Made by a program: the position numbers and the translations under genes
Virus record (IMG/VR): IMGVR_UViG_3300028992_000036
Length of the DNA stretch: 64,000 nucleotides
Direction: 5' to 3' (one strand)
Source of the DNA: a virus
Lineage: Duplodnaviria; Heunggongvirae; Uroviricota; Caudoviricetes
Shown here: positions 47,445-57,544 of the stretch, one piece after another
Position numbering within the stretch: the first letter of the stretch is position 1
Layout of the letters: each line of letters starts with the position of its first letter
The notes under the pieces: generated by a model
The model's database searches: none
Told to the model about the DNA's origin: nothing
What the model saw: only the letters and a program-made list of their open reading frames with translations

Positions 47445-48530
47445 TCACACAGCCTCCGAACTCTCCGCTTCGGTGAGGATTTCCTGACACAAAATATCCA
47501 ACTTGCTCAGATCAAATCCGCCGTCAGTATCGTGGACAATCTTGCAATAAGCAGATACCGACTCTCCCAGGCTATCGATTTTGCTGGTTTCCGTTGTGCT
47601 TGCTGTCCCTTCCATCATTGATGACTTACGGATGAAGTTGCACACGACACCTTTTGCACCCATTGTTTTGAGGATGTTCTGGTACTTAATGCCTTCTTCA
47701 TCGTTCTCAATTACGGCGCGGAAACGCACGTAGTTGCCGCGAATTTGGTCATCGGCAACATAATCTTCCAGGTTAATGAATTTAGGCGCACTGGTTTCGT
47801 AGTGACTGAAACTGCCGTCCGGGTTTACGATCATGTAACCAGCCAGAGATCCAACATCTCCCCAATTTTGATGGGTCAGCGCACCGACACTGATAACTCC
47901 AGGAATGACCTCTTTGTGGTTGTGGTAATGCCCACTAAGCACGAGACGAAAGCCGATATCCTTTAACTCCTGCGCATCGATACCGACGTCAGGCATTGTT
48001 GGAATGGCTTTGTTAATGGATGTATGGATAACAACGTCATGGTTATCACCTTCTACGCTCTTACGTAATGCTTTCAGATCGCTGATAAGCTCCGCATGAT
48101 TGTTACGCCAGCTAATCAGGTGGACAGTCACATCACCAATTTTTATTGAGTGTGGGCGCTTGCCACATACGATTACCACGCCGATAGAACTCAGCGATGC
48201 TGCTGCGTTGGCGCTATATACTGAATCGTTGGTTTCAAGATCGTGATTACCGGCCAGCATTACTACTGTCAGATCAAGCTCGTTGATAATCCACTTGTAC
48301 GTTTCAGTTACGTAATGCAAAACAGAAGGGGACACAGTTCCTCGGACGTGAAATGTATCACCGGCAACCAACATGTACTTACAACCGGCCTTCTTCATGG
48401 CGATGGCTGCTTCTTTCGTTGCTTCCAACTGTATTTCAAGTCTGGAGTTAAGCCCCTCTGCGTTCGTCGTGGAGAACGCATCCCATTTGTGGTAGTGGCA
48501 GTCAGAAATGACGCCGTATGGCAAAGTCAT
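47445..48530 (-). CDS. SbcD/Mre11-like nuclease
   Basis: Calcineurin-like phosphoesterase motifs DCHYH, AGDTFH, GNHD. Confidence 0.8.
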   Translation of the reverse strand: MTLPYGVISDCHYHKWDAFSTTNAEGLNSRLEIQLEATKEAAIAMKKAGCKYMLVAGDTFHVRGTVSPSVLHYVTETYKWIINELDLTVVMLAGNHDLETNDSVYSANAAASLSSIGVVIVCGKRPHSIKIGDVTVHLISWRNNHAELISDLKALRKSVEGDNHDVVIHTSINKAIPTMPDVGIDAQELKDIGFRLVLSGHYHNHKEVIPGVISVGALTHQNWGDVGSLAGYMIVNPDGSFSHYETSAPKFINLEDYVADDQIRGNYVRFRAVIENDEEGIKYQNILKTMGAKGVVCNFIRKSSMMEGTASTTETSKIDSLGESVSAYCKIVHDTDGGFDLSKLDILCQEILTEAESSEAV

Positions 48531-48784
48531 GTGTTTTTCCTTTGTGGTTATTTTGATACAAATTTTAAGAGCAATGAGAAGGTAAACAACTATGCATAAC
48601 GGTATGTTAGGAATGAAACGAGCGTCTTAATATACAAAACTTATAAGTAAGTATATACCTATTTATTGTGGCGCAACTTTGCTTGTCTGTATGACTAAAA
48701 ATAAGACAGGATCACTGTAGAACGCTATGAGAGCTATTTTGAGGAGGCGTAGATTCTATCTACGCCAATATACGATCTGGAGGG

Positions 48785-49429
48785 TTACAGCGCGTCAGTG
48801 GGCTTTTTACGCGCTGCGTTTATGCTTATGACGCCAGCTTTTGGACGTGGGTCAACAAGGTTAAGCTCTTCTTCGCTGTGGTATTCGAGGTCGAACTCAC
48901 GTTTTACATGTCTGATGTAGATTGCGGTGAGCAGGCTATCTTTGGTCAGAAAGTGTCCGTAGGATTTGCGGATCACTTCTTCTACCTTCTCGATTTTCTC
49001 ACCACCCATACAGAGATGATTAAACCGGCTGTGTTTCCGCAACATTTCGTCTACTGGGCCTGAGTAAACCTTGTCTACTTTCCCAAAACGGATGATTTTC
49101 CCTGTGTCTGCGGATACGAGGCAAATCAGCTTGTCTGGTGATAAACGATCTCGCCACGTCACACCTGAACGGAGTGTGTTGAAGTAGGGAGCATCCAATC
49201 CGATGATCGGTTTACGAAATGCGAGTAATGGAACGTACCTGATGCAACTGTTTAAATGAAAATTCACACCAGCCTTATCAAGTTTAATTCTGGTTTCGTA
49301 GATCGGGCACTTCGCCGCTATACCGCAGATGTCACAAAGCAACTTCTGCTTATTCAGGTTGGAATTTGATTCGATAGTGTAGGAGCCGTCTTCAAGACGA
49401 CGAACCCAGCGCGTGCGTTTTAGATCCAT
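48785..49429 (-). CDS. hypothetical protein (CxxC-containing)
   Basis: 214-aa ORF adjacent to the origin region. Confidence 0.4.
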   Translation of the reverse strand: MDLKRTRWVRRLEDGSYTIESNSNLNKQKLLCDICGIAAKCPIYETRIKLDKAGVNFHLNSCIRYVPLLAFRKPIIGLDAPYFNTLRSGVTWRDRLSPDKLICLVSADTGKIIRFGKVDKVYSGPVDEMLRKHSRFNHLCMGGEKIEKVEEVIRKSYGHFLTKDSLLTAIYIRHVKREFDLEYHSEEELNLVDPRPKAGVISINAARKKPTDAL

Positions 49430-49513
49430 ATGTCATTTTTCTGTGATTGTTAGCCGAGGCAACGATAACCCACCAGGTGCGCCGAAGGTAGTAAATGCCT
49501 GTTTTAATTATTC

Positions 49514-49605
49514 ACATATCCACAGGATAGATCCTAATAAAGAGATCCATAGATAGATCCTTATATAGATCAAATAAGATCCCCGATCGCTGTAAGCCGC
49601 GCCAC
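49514..49605 (+). promoter_or_regulatory. origin-proximal region: DnaA-box-like ATATCCACA followed by cluster of 6 GATC sites
   Basis: Resembles organisation of P1-type oriR (DnaA box + GATC-rich AT-rich stretch) immediately upstream of iterons. Confidence 0.4.
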
Positions 49606-49628
49606 GACTGGTCTGAAGTCATGTTCAT

Positions 49629-49730
49629 GTATGCTGTCAGCGGTAATTGATAGTCTGTCAGCGGTTCACCGTATGCTGCCAACTGTTTTTGGTATTCTGT
49701 CAGCGGCAAATCAAGTATGCTGTCAGCGGT
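49629..49730 (+). repeat. origin iterons: 5 copies of (G)TATGCTGTCAGCGGT at 22-bp spacing
   Basis: Direct repeats at about 49629, 49651, 49671 (degenerate), 49693, 49715, ending 20 bp before the repA ATG. Confidence 0.75.
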
Positions 49731-49750
49731 TGAATGACAAAGGTGTCCAC

Positions 49751-50845
49751 ATGTCCACAAAAAATAAAAAAGGTAAAAATAACAAAGAAGTAGAAGATAA
49801 CATCGACAACTTTGAAGAAGGTTCCCTTGAATTGTACACAGGGGAACTTGTCCCTAATAGCAACAATACAGTCCAACCAATTGCGTTGATGCGACTGGGG
49901 TTGTTCGTCCCCACGCTTAAGGGAACAAAATACAGTAAACGTAACAAGCCAAATGAGATCGATGCTTCAAAGGAGCTTGTCCAGCTCGAAGTAGCCCGTT
50001 CTGAAGGCTATTCCGATATCAAGATAACCGGTCCTCGTCTCGACATGGATCATGATTTCAAAACGTGGGTGGGCGTTGTGCGTTCGCTGGCAGAATACGG
50101 CGAACCTAACGGTCGTGTCGAGTTAAGCATCACGAAATTTGCGAAGTTTTGTGGCTATCCATCGTCACAGATCCGCAAAACACTCCGCGACCGGCTTACA
50201 AACAGTCTTTTGAAGATCATGCGTACAACTCTGTCTTTCCAGAGAACGTATGAAGAAAAGAACGTCGACGGCTCTAACAAGATCTCGCTTCTGATGGTGC
50301 ACCTCATCAATAGCGTGGACTACAACGAGCAGAAAGATACGGTGGTGTTCTATGCAGAACCGAAGCTGGCCGAACTATATCGCTTTGACCATAAGGTTCT
50401 TTTGCAGTTAAAGGTTATCAATAAGCTACCACGCAAAGAAACAGCACAGGCTCTGTACACCTTCATCGAAAGTCTTCCAACCAAGCCTGCGCCGGTATCG
50501 CTTGCTCGATTGCGTGCGCGACTCAATTTGAGTAGCAGGAATGTCAGCTCGCAGAATCAGACTATACGTAACGGCTTAAAAGCTCTCCAAGATTTGGGCT
50601 ATCTCGAATACAGCGAGATTAAGCGTGGGCGGTCGATCTATATCCAGATTCACAGCCGCAATCCAAAACTCAAAGTCGCACCGCCAAAACCTGAAGACAT
50701 CGAACCCAAAAAACCAGATGAGAAAGCCGGGGAAATTGATGCCAAACAGAACATTATCAATAAGATAACCGAACTTTCGCAGAATTTGACGCCTGAAAAT
50801 ATCAAGATGATTGAGATCCTTTCCAATAGTCTCAAACTGCTTTGA
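49751..50845 (+). CDS. repA: plasmid replication initiator RepA-like (iteron-binding); start curated to MSTKNKKGK
   Basis: 364-aa basic protein flanked on both sides by arrays of the same 16-bp iteron; architecture of P1/F-type theta replicons. Confidence 0.7.
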   Translation: MSTKNKKGKNNKEVEDNIDNFEEGSLELYTGELVPNSNNTVQPIALMRLGLFVPTLKGTKYSKRNKPNEIDASKELVQLEVARSEGYSDIKITGPRLDMDHDFKTWVGVVRSLAEYGEPNGRVELSITKFAKFCGYPSSQIRKTLRDRLTNSLLKIMRTTLSFQRTYEEKNVDGSNKISLLMVHLINSVDYNEQKDTVVFYAEPKLAELYRFDHKVLLQLKVINKLPRKETAQALYTFIESLPTKPAPVSLARLRARLNLSSRNVSSQNQTIRNGLKALQDLGYLEYSEIKRGRSIYIQIHSRNPKLKVAPPKPEDIEPKKPDEKAGEIDAKQNIINKITELSQNLTPENIKMIEILSNSLKLL

Positions 50846-51377
50846 TATGCTGTCAGCGGTGAAATGTATGCTATCAGCGGCTATTTTTCTGAAAAGTATG
50901 CTGTGAACGGTTAAAGATATGCTACCAGCGGTATAGTGAGATGAACGTATGCTGTGAGCGGTAAATCATCTATCACCACTCAATGCTCTGCCATACCTCC
51001 CCAGTGGTTACTAACCTCGAAGAGTGCATTCCATATAGGTTTGCGCTCACTAACATTCTATTGCTATTGCGCTGATTGCTTGTAGTGAAAGGCATTTGTT
51101 GCCTGCTACTCCCTGATAGAATGTATGCTGTCAGCGGTGTTTTATTGAGGAATTTTTGTTTGGATATGCTATCAGCGGTAATTAATGGTATATGTCAGAC
51201 CTTCGTATGCTGCCAGCGGTAATTTTGTTCTGGTTATACCCATACCGGGACACATTATTCATGCAATGTCTTAAGTATGCTGTCAGCGGTAAAAAATCGA
51301 GTAAAGTATGCTGTGAGCGGTGAGATAGACTCTCGATATGCTATCAGCGGTAGTTGATTGTGTATGCTGTCAGCGGT
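50846..51377 (+). repeat. downstream iteron arrays (incA-like copy-control region): about 12 copies of GTATGCTGTCAGCGGT in two clusters
   Basis: Copies at about 50846, 50866, 50896, 50917, 50947 and 51123, 51164, 51204, 51274, 51305, 51335, 51362. Confidence 0.75.
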
Positions 51378-51424
51378 GACGACTATGAAATATGACTGCG
51401 GAACGTGCCGCAGTCAGTTTGCAT

Positions 51425-51637
51425 TTAGTGTATTTTCTTTAACAGACCCCAAAGTGTTCCGGCTTTTGTAGTCAGTTTTCCTGTTTCTGGATCGTACATA
51501 CGCCATTCACGCCGCTGGTGGACGATATACCCATCTTCACGTTCCAGACGCTCAAGAATGCCAGGCTGCTTGAAACCCTTAGCACGCCAGTAGCCGCTTG
51601 TTTTCTCGATTTCCAGACCTGCCAGTGTTAATGCCAT
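51425..51637 (-). CDS. hypothetical small protein
   Basis: 70-aa ORF whose start overlaps upstream stop. Confidence 0.4.
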   Translation of the reverse strand: MALTLAGLEIEKTSGYWRAKGFKQPGILERLEREDGYIVHQRREWRMYDPETGKLTTKAGTLWGLLKKIH

Positions 51638-51972
51638 TACCCAACCTCCTTGCAGTCATCGAAAAGGTAGCTGTCGTTCTTCGCGTGAACGCCGTATACA
51701 TCACCCGATTTGTTGTAAACGAACCTATCTTTACCTACGCCAGATAGTTCGCCGTTACGTTTAGTGAGAAACGGGGAAGACAGGACGCGATCATCGCGTA
51801 CCACATAAAACTGTTCGCCACGGTCCACAACCATCGCGCCGTAATTAGCTTTAACGGCGTTGCGGATCAGGCCGTTTTTCGCTTCGACCACAAACATTTC
51901 GCACTCATAGACATGTGTGTCCGCAAAGACGGGGAGAGTGAGCAGCGCCAGTACCAGGGCTGTTTTCTTCAT
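51637..51972 (-). CDS. secreted protein (signal peptide)
   Basis: MKKTALVLALLTLPVFA signal peptide; 111 aa. Confidence 0.45.
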   Translation of the reverse strand: MKKTALVLALLTLPVFADTHVYECEMFVVEAKNGLIRNAVKANYGAMVVDRGEQFYVVRDDRVLSSPFLTKRNGELSGVGKDRFVYNKSGDVYGVHAKNDSYLFDDCKEVG

Positions 51973-52148
51973 GCCACGACTCCTTTGAAAACGCCTAATG
52001 CTGAGTCGAAGACCAGTACTACGGCCAGCGCATTGATCATCACATCATTAACAGGCGCCAGCGCTTTACGGATTGCCCCTGTGAAGATGCAGTCGAGCAC
52101 AAAGGCTATCGAGATAATAAGTAACGTGATATCTAATAAAATTTTCAC
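51969..52148 (-). CDS. possible small hydrophobic protein (59 aa, GTG start), not in ORF track
   Basis: Translation VKILLDITLLIISIAFVLDCIFTGAIRKALAPVNDVMINALAVVLVFDSALGVFKGVVA; its TGA overlaps the ATG of the downstream secreted-protein gene; weak ribosome-binding site. Confidence 0.25.
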   Translation of the reverse strand: MKILLDITLLIISIAFVLDCIFTGAIRKALAPVNDVMINALAVVLVFDSALGVFKGVVA

Positions 52149-52187
52149 GATAGGTAAATGCTAACTTATATATTTTTGCTGTAAATA

Positions 52188-52463
52188 TCACTCAAAAGTG
52201 CTGATACCCAAAATGCGCTCAAGATGGGCCGCGTCTTCATCGCTTACCAGCATTGTGTCGTCTACGTACCAGCAGCTACCGTTGTGCCAACAAACACCGT
52301 CATCATCGATATAAATAGAATCCGCATCCATTCCTGTGTATTCAACTAGATTGCGTTCAATTGCCGCTTGAATTTCTTCATCGTTCAGCCCGTCGCACTT
52401 GATCATGAACAACGGGTAAACGTCATAGTCGGTACTAGATGAAATGCGAACCAAAGTCTTCAT
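52188..52463 (-). CDS. hypothetical protein (start curated to MKTLVRIS)
   Basis: AAGGAG Shine-Dalgarno before internal ATG; upstream palindromic motif. Confidence 0.45.
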   Translation of the reverse strand: MKTLVRISSSTDYDVYPLFMIKCDGLNDEEIQAAIERNLVEYTGMDADSIYIDDDGVCWHNGSCWYVDDTMLVSDEDAAHLERILGISTFE

Positions 52464-52619
52464 GTGTTTTCTCCTTGTTGGTAAGTACTTATCTATCTTA
52501 ATGGGCGCTATAAGGCGCACAATCATTGTGTTCAGGCTGGTGGAAAGAACTTCTCCAGCGTGTGGTTGATAGCCTTATCAATGTGCATCAGGTGCCAGAC
52601 GACCATATCTTTGCTTCCA

Positions 52620-53339
<720 letters not shown>

Positions 53340-53346
<7 letters not shown>

Positions 53347-56300
53347 CCCACCATTCGTTGCATACTTTGCGTCCACGAGGCTTTAAATGCTGAATCTCCT
53401 GCGAACAACTTGTAGAGCTCAAGTTCATCTTTACGGCGTTGCAGCATGATTTCCTTGAGCATTTTTTCGAAGGCCAAATTTCGATTATGGGGATCTGGGT
53501 TGTTTTTGTATTTCGATTCGAAGTCAGGGTGATTGCGGATACTTTCAGCGATGTTCACGAACTTAACCTTTTGCTCTTCAGGTGTGGCACTCCAGCCCTG
53601 GAACCATCGCTCATTAAATGTGCGAATGATTTCATCCAGCGGGTCAGTTTCTTTTTCACCGCCATGCACCCCACGTGGGTTCGGATTTTGAGGATCAAGC
53701 TCCGCTTCTTGGTCACTAAGTTTAATGCTGTGGTTAAGCTTCACACGTTGCAAACCGTATGAACTCAGATCGACAGAATCGAGAAGCTCATCAATAGCAT
53801 CAGCATCGGGATCTTCCACTTTCAATTTCGGTATTAAAAACTTCAGGAACCAAAACAGTTTTTCCCAGCTGACCATTTCATAAGGCATGATAGAAGCCAT
53901 CTGCCCATAGATTTTAACGAACTGTTTGGCTTTAATCTTAAAGTCCACTTTAGCTTCAGCTTCAAGATCTAGTTCATGGTCAAACCGCGCTGCGGCAATA
54001 TCAATGATTGGACTGAGTGTTTGGGCGTCTTCATTCTTGAAATAACGCGTCACAAAGTCTTCAACTTCATACCACTCGTACACACCGACATCGTCCATTT
54101 CATCTTTCAACTCGTGCAGTACGTTTATATCTGTAGCTTGGGACAATGACGTTGCTGTATAGAAAGGATCGAATGCTGATTGAATATCTTCAACCGAGTT
54201 GAAAAAATCCAGGATAAACAAGTCTTCTGTTTTCTTCCCTAGCTTAGGTGCACTGCGATTGAGCCTAGATAGCGCCTGAACACACAAGACACTGGCGAGC
54301 TTCTTATCTACATACATGGCGCAAAGCTTAGGCTGGTCAAACCCAGTCAGATACTTGTTAGCAACCACTAAAAGTCGATACTCATCGGTATCAAACATAT
54401 CTTTGGTATCTGACTCGGCAAAACCATTAATATCTGCTTCGGTATATTCAATACCATCAACTTCTTTGGTTCCTGAGAAAGCAATGGCAACTTTAAACGG
54501 GTTTCCTTGCTCCTCAAGTATTCGCCTTATCGCTTTGTAGTATCGAATGGCCGCCTCAATATTTTGAGTGACCACCATTCCTTTACCTTTACCTTTGAGC
54601 TTTTTCGTATTCACGACATGCGGAACAAAATGCTCCAGCATAATCTCTGCCTTGATATCAATTGTTTGCTGGCTTCGTTCTACATAAGCTCTGAGTTTTT
54701 TCTGCGCCTTTTTGGTATCAAACTCAGGGTTATCAGCAATTGATTTCTCAATCTCATAATAACTTTTGTACGTCGTATAATTTGCCAGCACATCCAAGAT
54801 GAAGCCTTCTTCAATGGCTTGTTTCATCGAATACAAGTGAAACGGCTTGTAAGAGCCATCTTCTTGGCGTTGACCAAATTTCTCCAAAGTGCTGTTTTTT
54901 GGTGTCGCTGTAAATGCCAGGTACGACGCATTCCCGCGCATCTTACGCGATCTCATCGCCTGAAGGATTTTATCCTGAGCATCTTCTGCCTCTTCGACTT
55001 CAGACTTGCCCATCGCTCGGTTCATATTGTCATGCGCCGAACCAGACTGTGAGCTGTGTGCTTCATCGATGATCACTGCAAAGCGCTTGTCACTAAGATC
55101 GGCGATACCATCAATAATGAACGGGAATTTCTGAATCGTCGTTATAATAATCTTTTTGCCATTCTCCAGCGCCTGCTTAAGCTCAGAAGACTTATTCGCT
55201 GGGGCAATAATGTTCTTTACTTCAGAAAACTCTTTAATGTTATCCCGCAGCTGCTTGTCCAATAGGCGTCTATCGGTGACCACAATCACAGAGTCAAACA
55301 ACGGCTGCTCCAAGCTTTTTCCGCCTGCCACATCAGACGAAGCAGGATAGGTTTCAATTAGCTGATAAGCTGCCCAGGTAATCGAGTTAGACTTACCTGA
55401 ACCGGCTGAGTGTTGAATTAAGTAAGTCTGACCGACACCGTGCTGGGCGGCATGGTCTACTAATTTTCTCACCACATCCAATTGATGGTATCGAGGAAAG
55501 AACAGGGTTCGCTTGGGTAATGGATCTTTGCTTGACCCATCCAGACGCACAAAATGCTGAATAATATTCGCCAAGCTGTCTTTAGTGAATACTTCTTGCC
55601 ATAGGTATGCCGTTTTATGGCCAGATGGATTCGGCGGGTTGCCTTGTCCAAGATTGTGACCTTTATTGAACGGCAAGAAGAATGTACTGCTACCTGATAA
55701 CTTGGTGGTCATATACACTTCGTCGGTATCGACCGCCATATGCACTAGGCAGCGGCCAAAGGTCAGCAATGGCTGAGTTGCATCCCGATCATCTCGATAC
55801 TGCTTTTGGCCGTGATAACGTGCTGTTTGCCCGGTCCATGCGTTCTTCAACTCCAGCGTTATCAAGGGTATTCCGTTGATAAACAATACCATGTCGATTT
55901 CTTGTAGGGGATTTACCATGGAATAGCGCACTTGGCGAGTACAACTAAACACGTTATCTGCAAAGTTTTGCTTTACCTTCTCACTACTACTTGCCAAAGG
56001 GGCTGGATAGAGCAAATTGAAATGAGCATCGTCTACGCTTAGCCCTTTCTTAAGTAAATGAAGAATGCCATGCTTCTTAATCAGTCGGTCAAATCGTTCG
56101 AGTAACTTACGTTGCCAATCTGAGGGGTTGTTCTTTTGCAGTTTGGCCAACTCTACTTCTTGTGTCTTTTGCAGAAATTGCCAGAAAAAACGTTCATCAA
56201 TGGCATATTGCATATTAAAGTCACTAGCAGCACCAATGAAGTATCCAGCACCCAGTGACTGCTGACTCAGCCCCTCTTTGAGCTCTTCAGTACTGATCCC

Positions 56301-56357
56301 AGCCAGACATTTCTCAATGGCCGACTCTAATGCTTGTTCATTGGTTTGACTGACCAT
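53340..56357 (-). CDS. hsdR: Type I restriction enzyme R subunit
   Basis: 1005 aa; N-terminal PD-(D/E)xK ([17 protein letters not shown]), SF2 helicase Walker [10 protein letters not shown] and DEAH (VIIDEAHSS); last gene of M-S-X-R operon. Confidence 0.9.
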
Positions 56358-56371
56358 AATTGTAAGTTCCC

Positions 56372-57535
56372 TTAATCAAAATTCTTCTGTTTCATTGCCT
56401 CAGCCGCTTTTTGCAGCGGTCCTTTTAAGGCTTTTTCTAACTTTGTCATCTGCTCTAAGTGCCACGCAACCGCTTGGGGCCAAGTCTCTTTGTTAAACCC
56501 GTCAGCTTTGGTCGAAAACTGGATACGGCAAGATTTCTTCTCATCCAGCCTCATCCACTCAAGTTCTGCACCAAAAGTATGCTCAATGTCTTGTTTGGAC
56601 TGACTCAACAAATCAAAAAGGTATTTATTCTCTTCGGTAACCCCACGGCTGATCCAAAGCTCTACTCGAAGCTCTTTTTGCAGAAATATCAGGTTATACG
56701 GACATCCACTTAGCCCTGAGCCTGCTGATAACCAATGATCTTTGCTTGGGCTAATGTTGTTATAGAGTTGGCAAGAGCTTTTCTGAAACGCCTCTAAGGC
56801 ACGCTCCCAGTACTCGCGACGCACGGTATGGCGGTTTTTTAGTACCACTTCGGTGGTTTTTTCTTCCGCTTCCTTGGCATTAATGCCGATCATCAACTCT
56901 TTCGCTTCTGGCGTTGGAATGATCTGGTCAATATTAATCAGTAGCTGTTCACCCAGTGAATAAGGCGTGATTTTGAAGCAGGCAATGCTAATGCCTTGAC
57001 CCAATAACCACAGCGCGGTGCTGGTCACTTCTTTGCGAAAGTTTGCCGCAACTAACATAATGCGCTGGCTGTTACCCAGGTTGAGCTTTAACTCATCGAG
57101 ATCGGGCGCATCCAAAAACTCACATATTCTAGCAGAGGCACTTGCAGGGGTATTAAACAAGTCAACCTCTCCTGTTACAGGCTCATAGCGGTCTAAGTAC
57201 TGCTGGTAAATTTCAACGATTTGCGCTTTGGTTAAACTTGCGCAGTAGGAGGCATATTTAAGCGCCTGCCACACCACATCGCGGCCACTGTCGTCCAGCT
57301 TGTTTTCAATAATGACCAAGTTGCCATCTTTATCCAGTGCCAGTAAATCTAAGCGTTCACGGGTGTCATCAAAGCCATCGAACTCTTTTTGAATAATCAG
57401 CAGCTCTTCACCCAGTGCGGAAGGCTCGTGTGCCAACCATTCCTGAAGATTTTTGCGCTCAGTAAAGCCCAACTCACTGAATCTCTTCGTCTTAACCGGA
57501 CTAATCCTGTTGGTCTGATGATTTACCGTGAACAT
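56372..57535 (-). CDS. RM-embedded protein of unknown function; N-terminal PD-(D/E)xK nuclease-like motif (NucS/DUF91-like) plus uncharacterised C-terminal domain
   Basis: 387 aa, tightly packed between hsdS (9-bp gap) and hsdR (14-bp gap); motif ERLDLLALDKDGNLVIIENKLD...VWQALKYASY; no Walker A/B. Confidence 0.6.
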   Translation of the reverse strand: MFTVNHQTNRISPVKTKRFSELGFTERKNLQEWLAHEPSALGEELLIIQKEFDGFDDTRERLDLLALDKDGNLVIIENKLDDSGRDVVWQALKYASYCASLTKAQIVEIYQQYLDRYEPVTGEVDLFNTPASASARICEFLDAPDLDELKLNLGNSQRIMLVAANFRKEVTSTALWLLGQGISIACFKITPYSLGEQLLINIDQIIPTPEAKELMIGINAKEAEEKTTEVVLKNRHTVRREYWERALEAFQKSSCQLYNNISPSKDHWLSAGSGLSGCPYNLIFLQKELRVELWISRGVTEENKYLFDLLSQSKQDIEHTFGAELEWMRLDEKKSCRIQFSTKADGFNKETWPQAVAWHLEQMTKLEKALKGPLQKAAEAMKQKNFD

Positions 57536-57544
57536 ATTCGCTTC

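Noticed and set aside
47212-47490. 92-aa ORF between sbcD and sbcC
   Set aside because: Overlaps the sbcD 3' end by 46 nt and has no clear ribosome-binding site or motifs; cannot be supported.
49629-51377. Possibility that the dense short repeats represent a CRISPR array
   Set aside because: Repeats are 16 bp, degenerate and irregularly spaced, flank a RepA gene, and have no cas genes nearby; they are plasmid iterons.
51913-52164. Plus-strand 83-aa ORF overlapping the start of the secreted-protein gene
   Set aside because: Antisense to a better-supported coupled minus-strand gene pair; low-complexity translation.
56372-57535. Calling the RM-embedded gene a PrrC/RloC-type anticodon nuclease
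   Set aside because: Position matches PrrC, but the protein lacks any Walker A/B ATPase motif and has a PD-(D/E)xK-like N-terminus instead; function left open.
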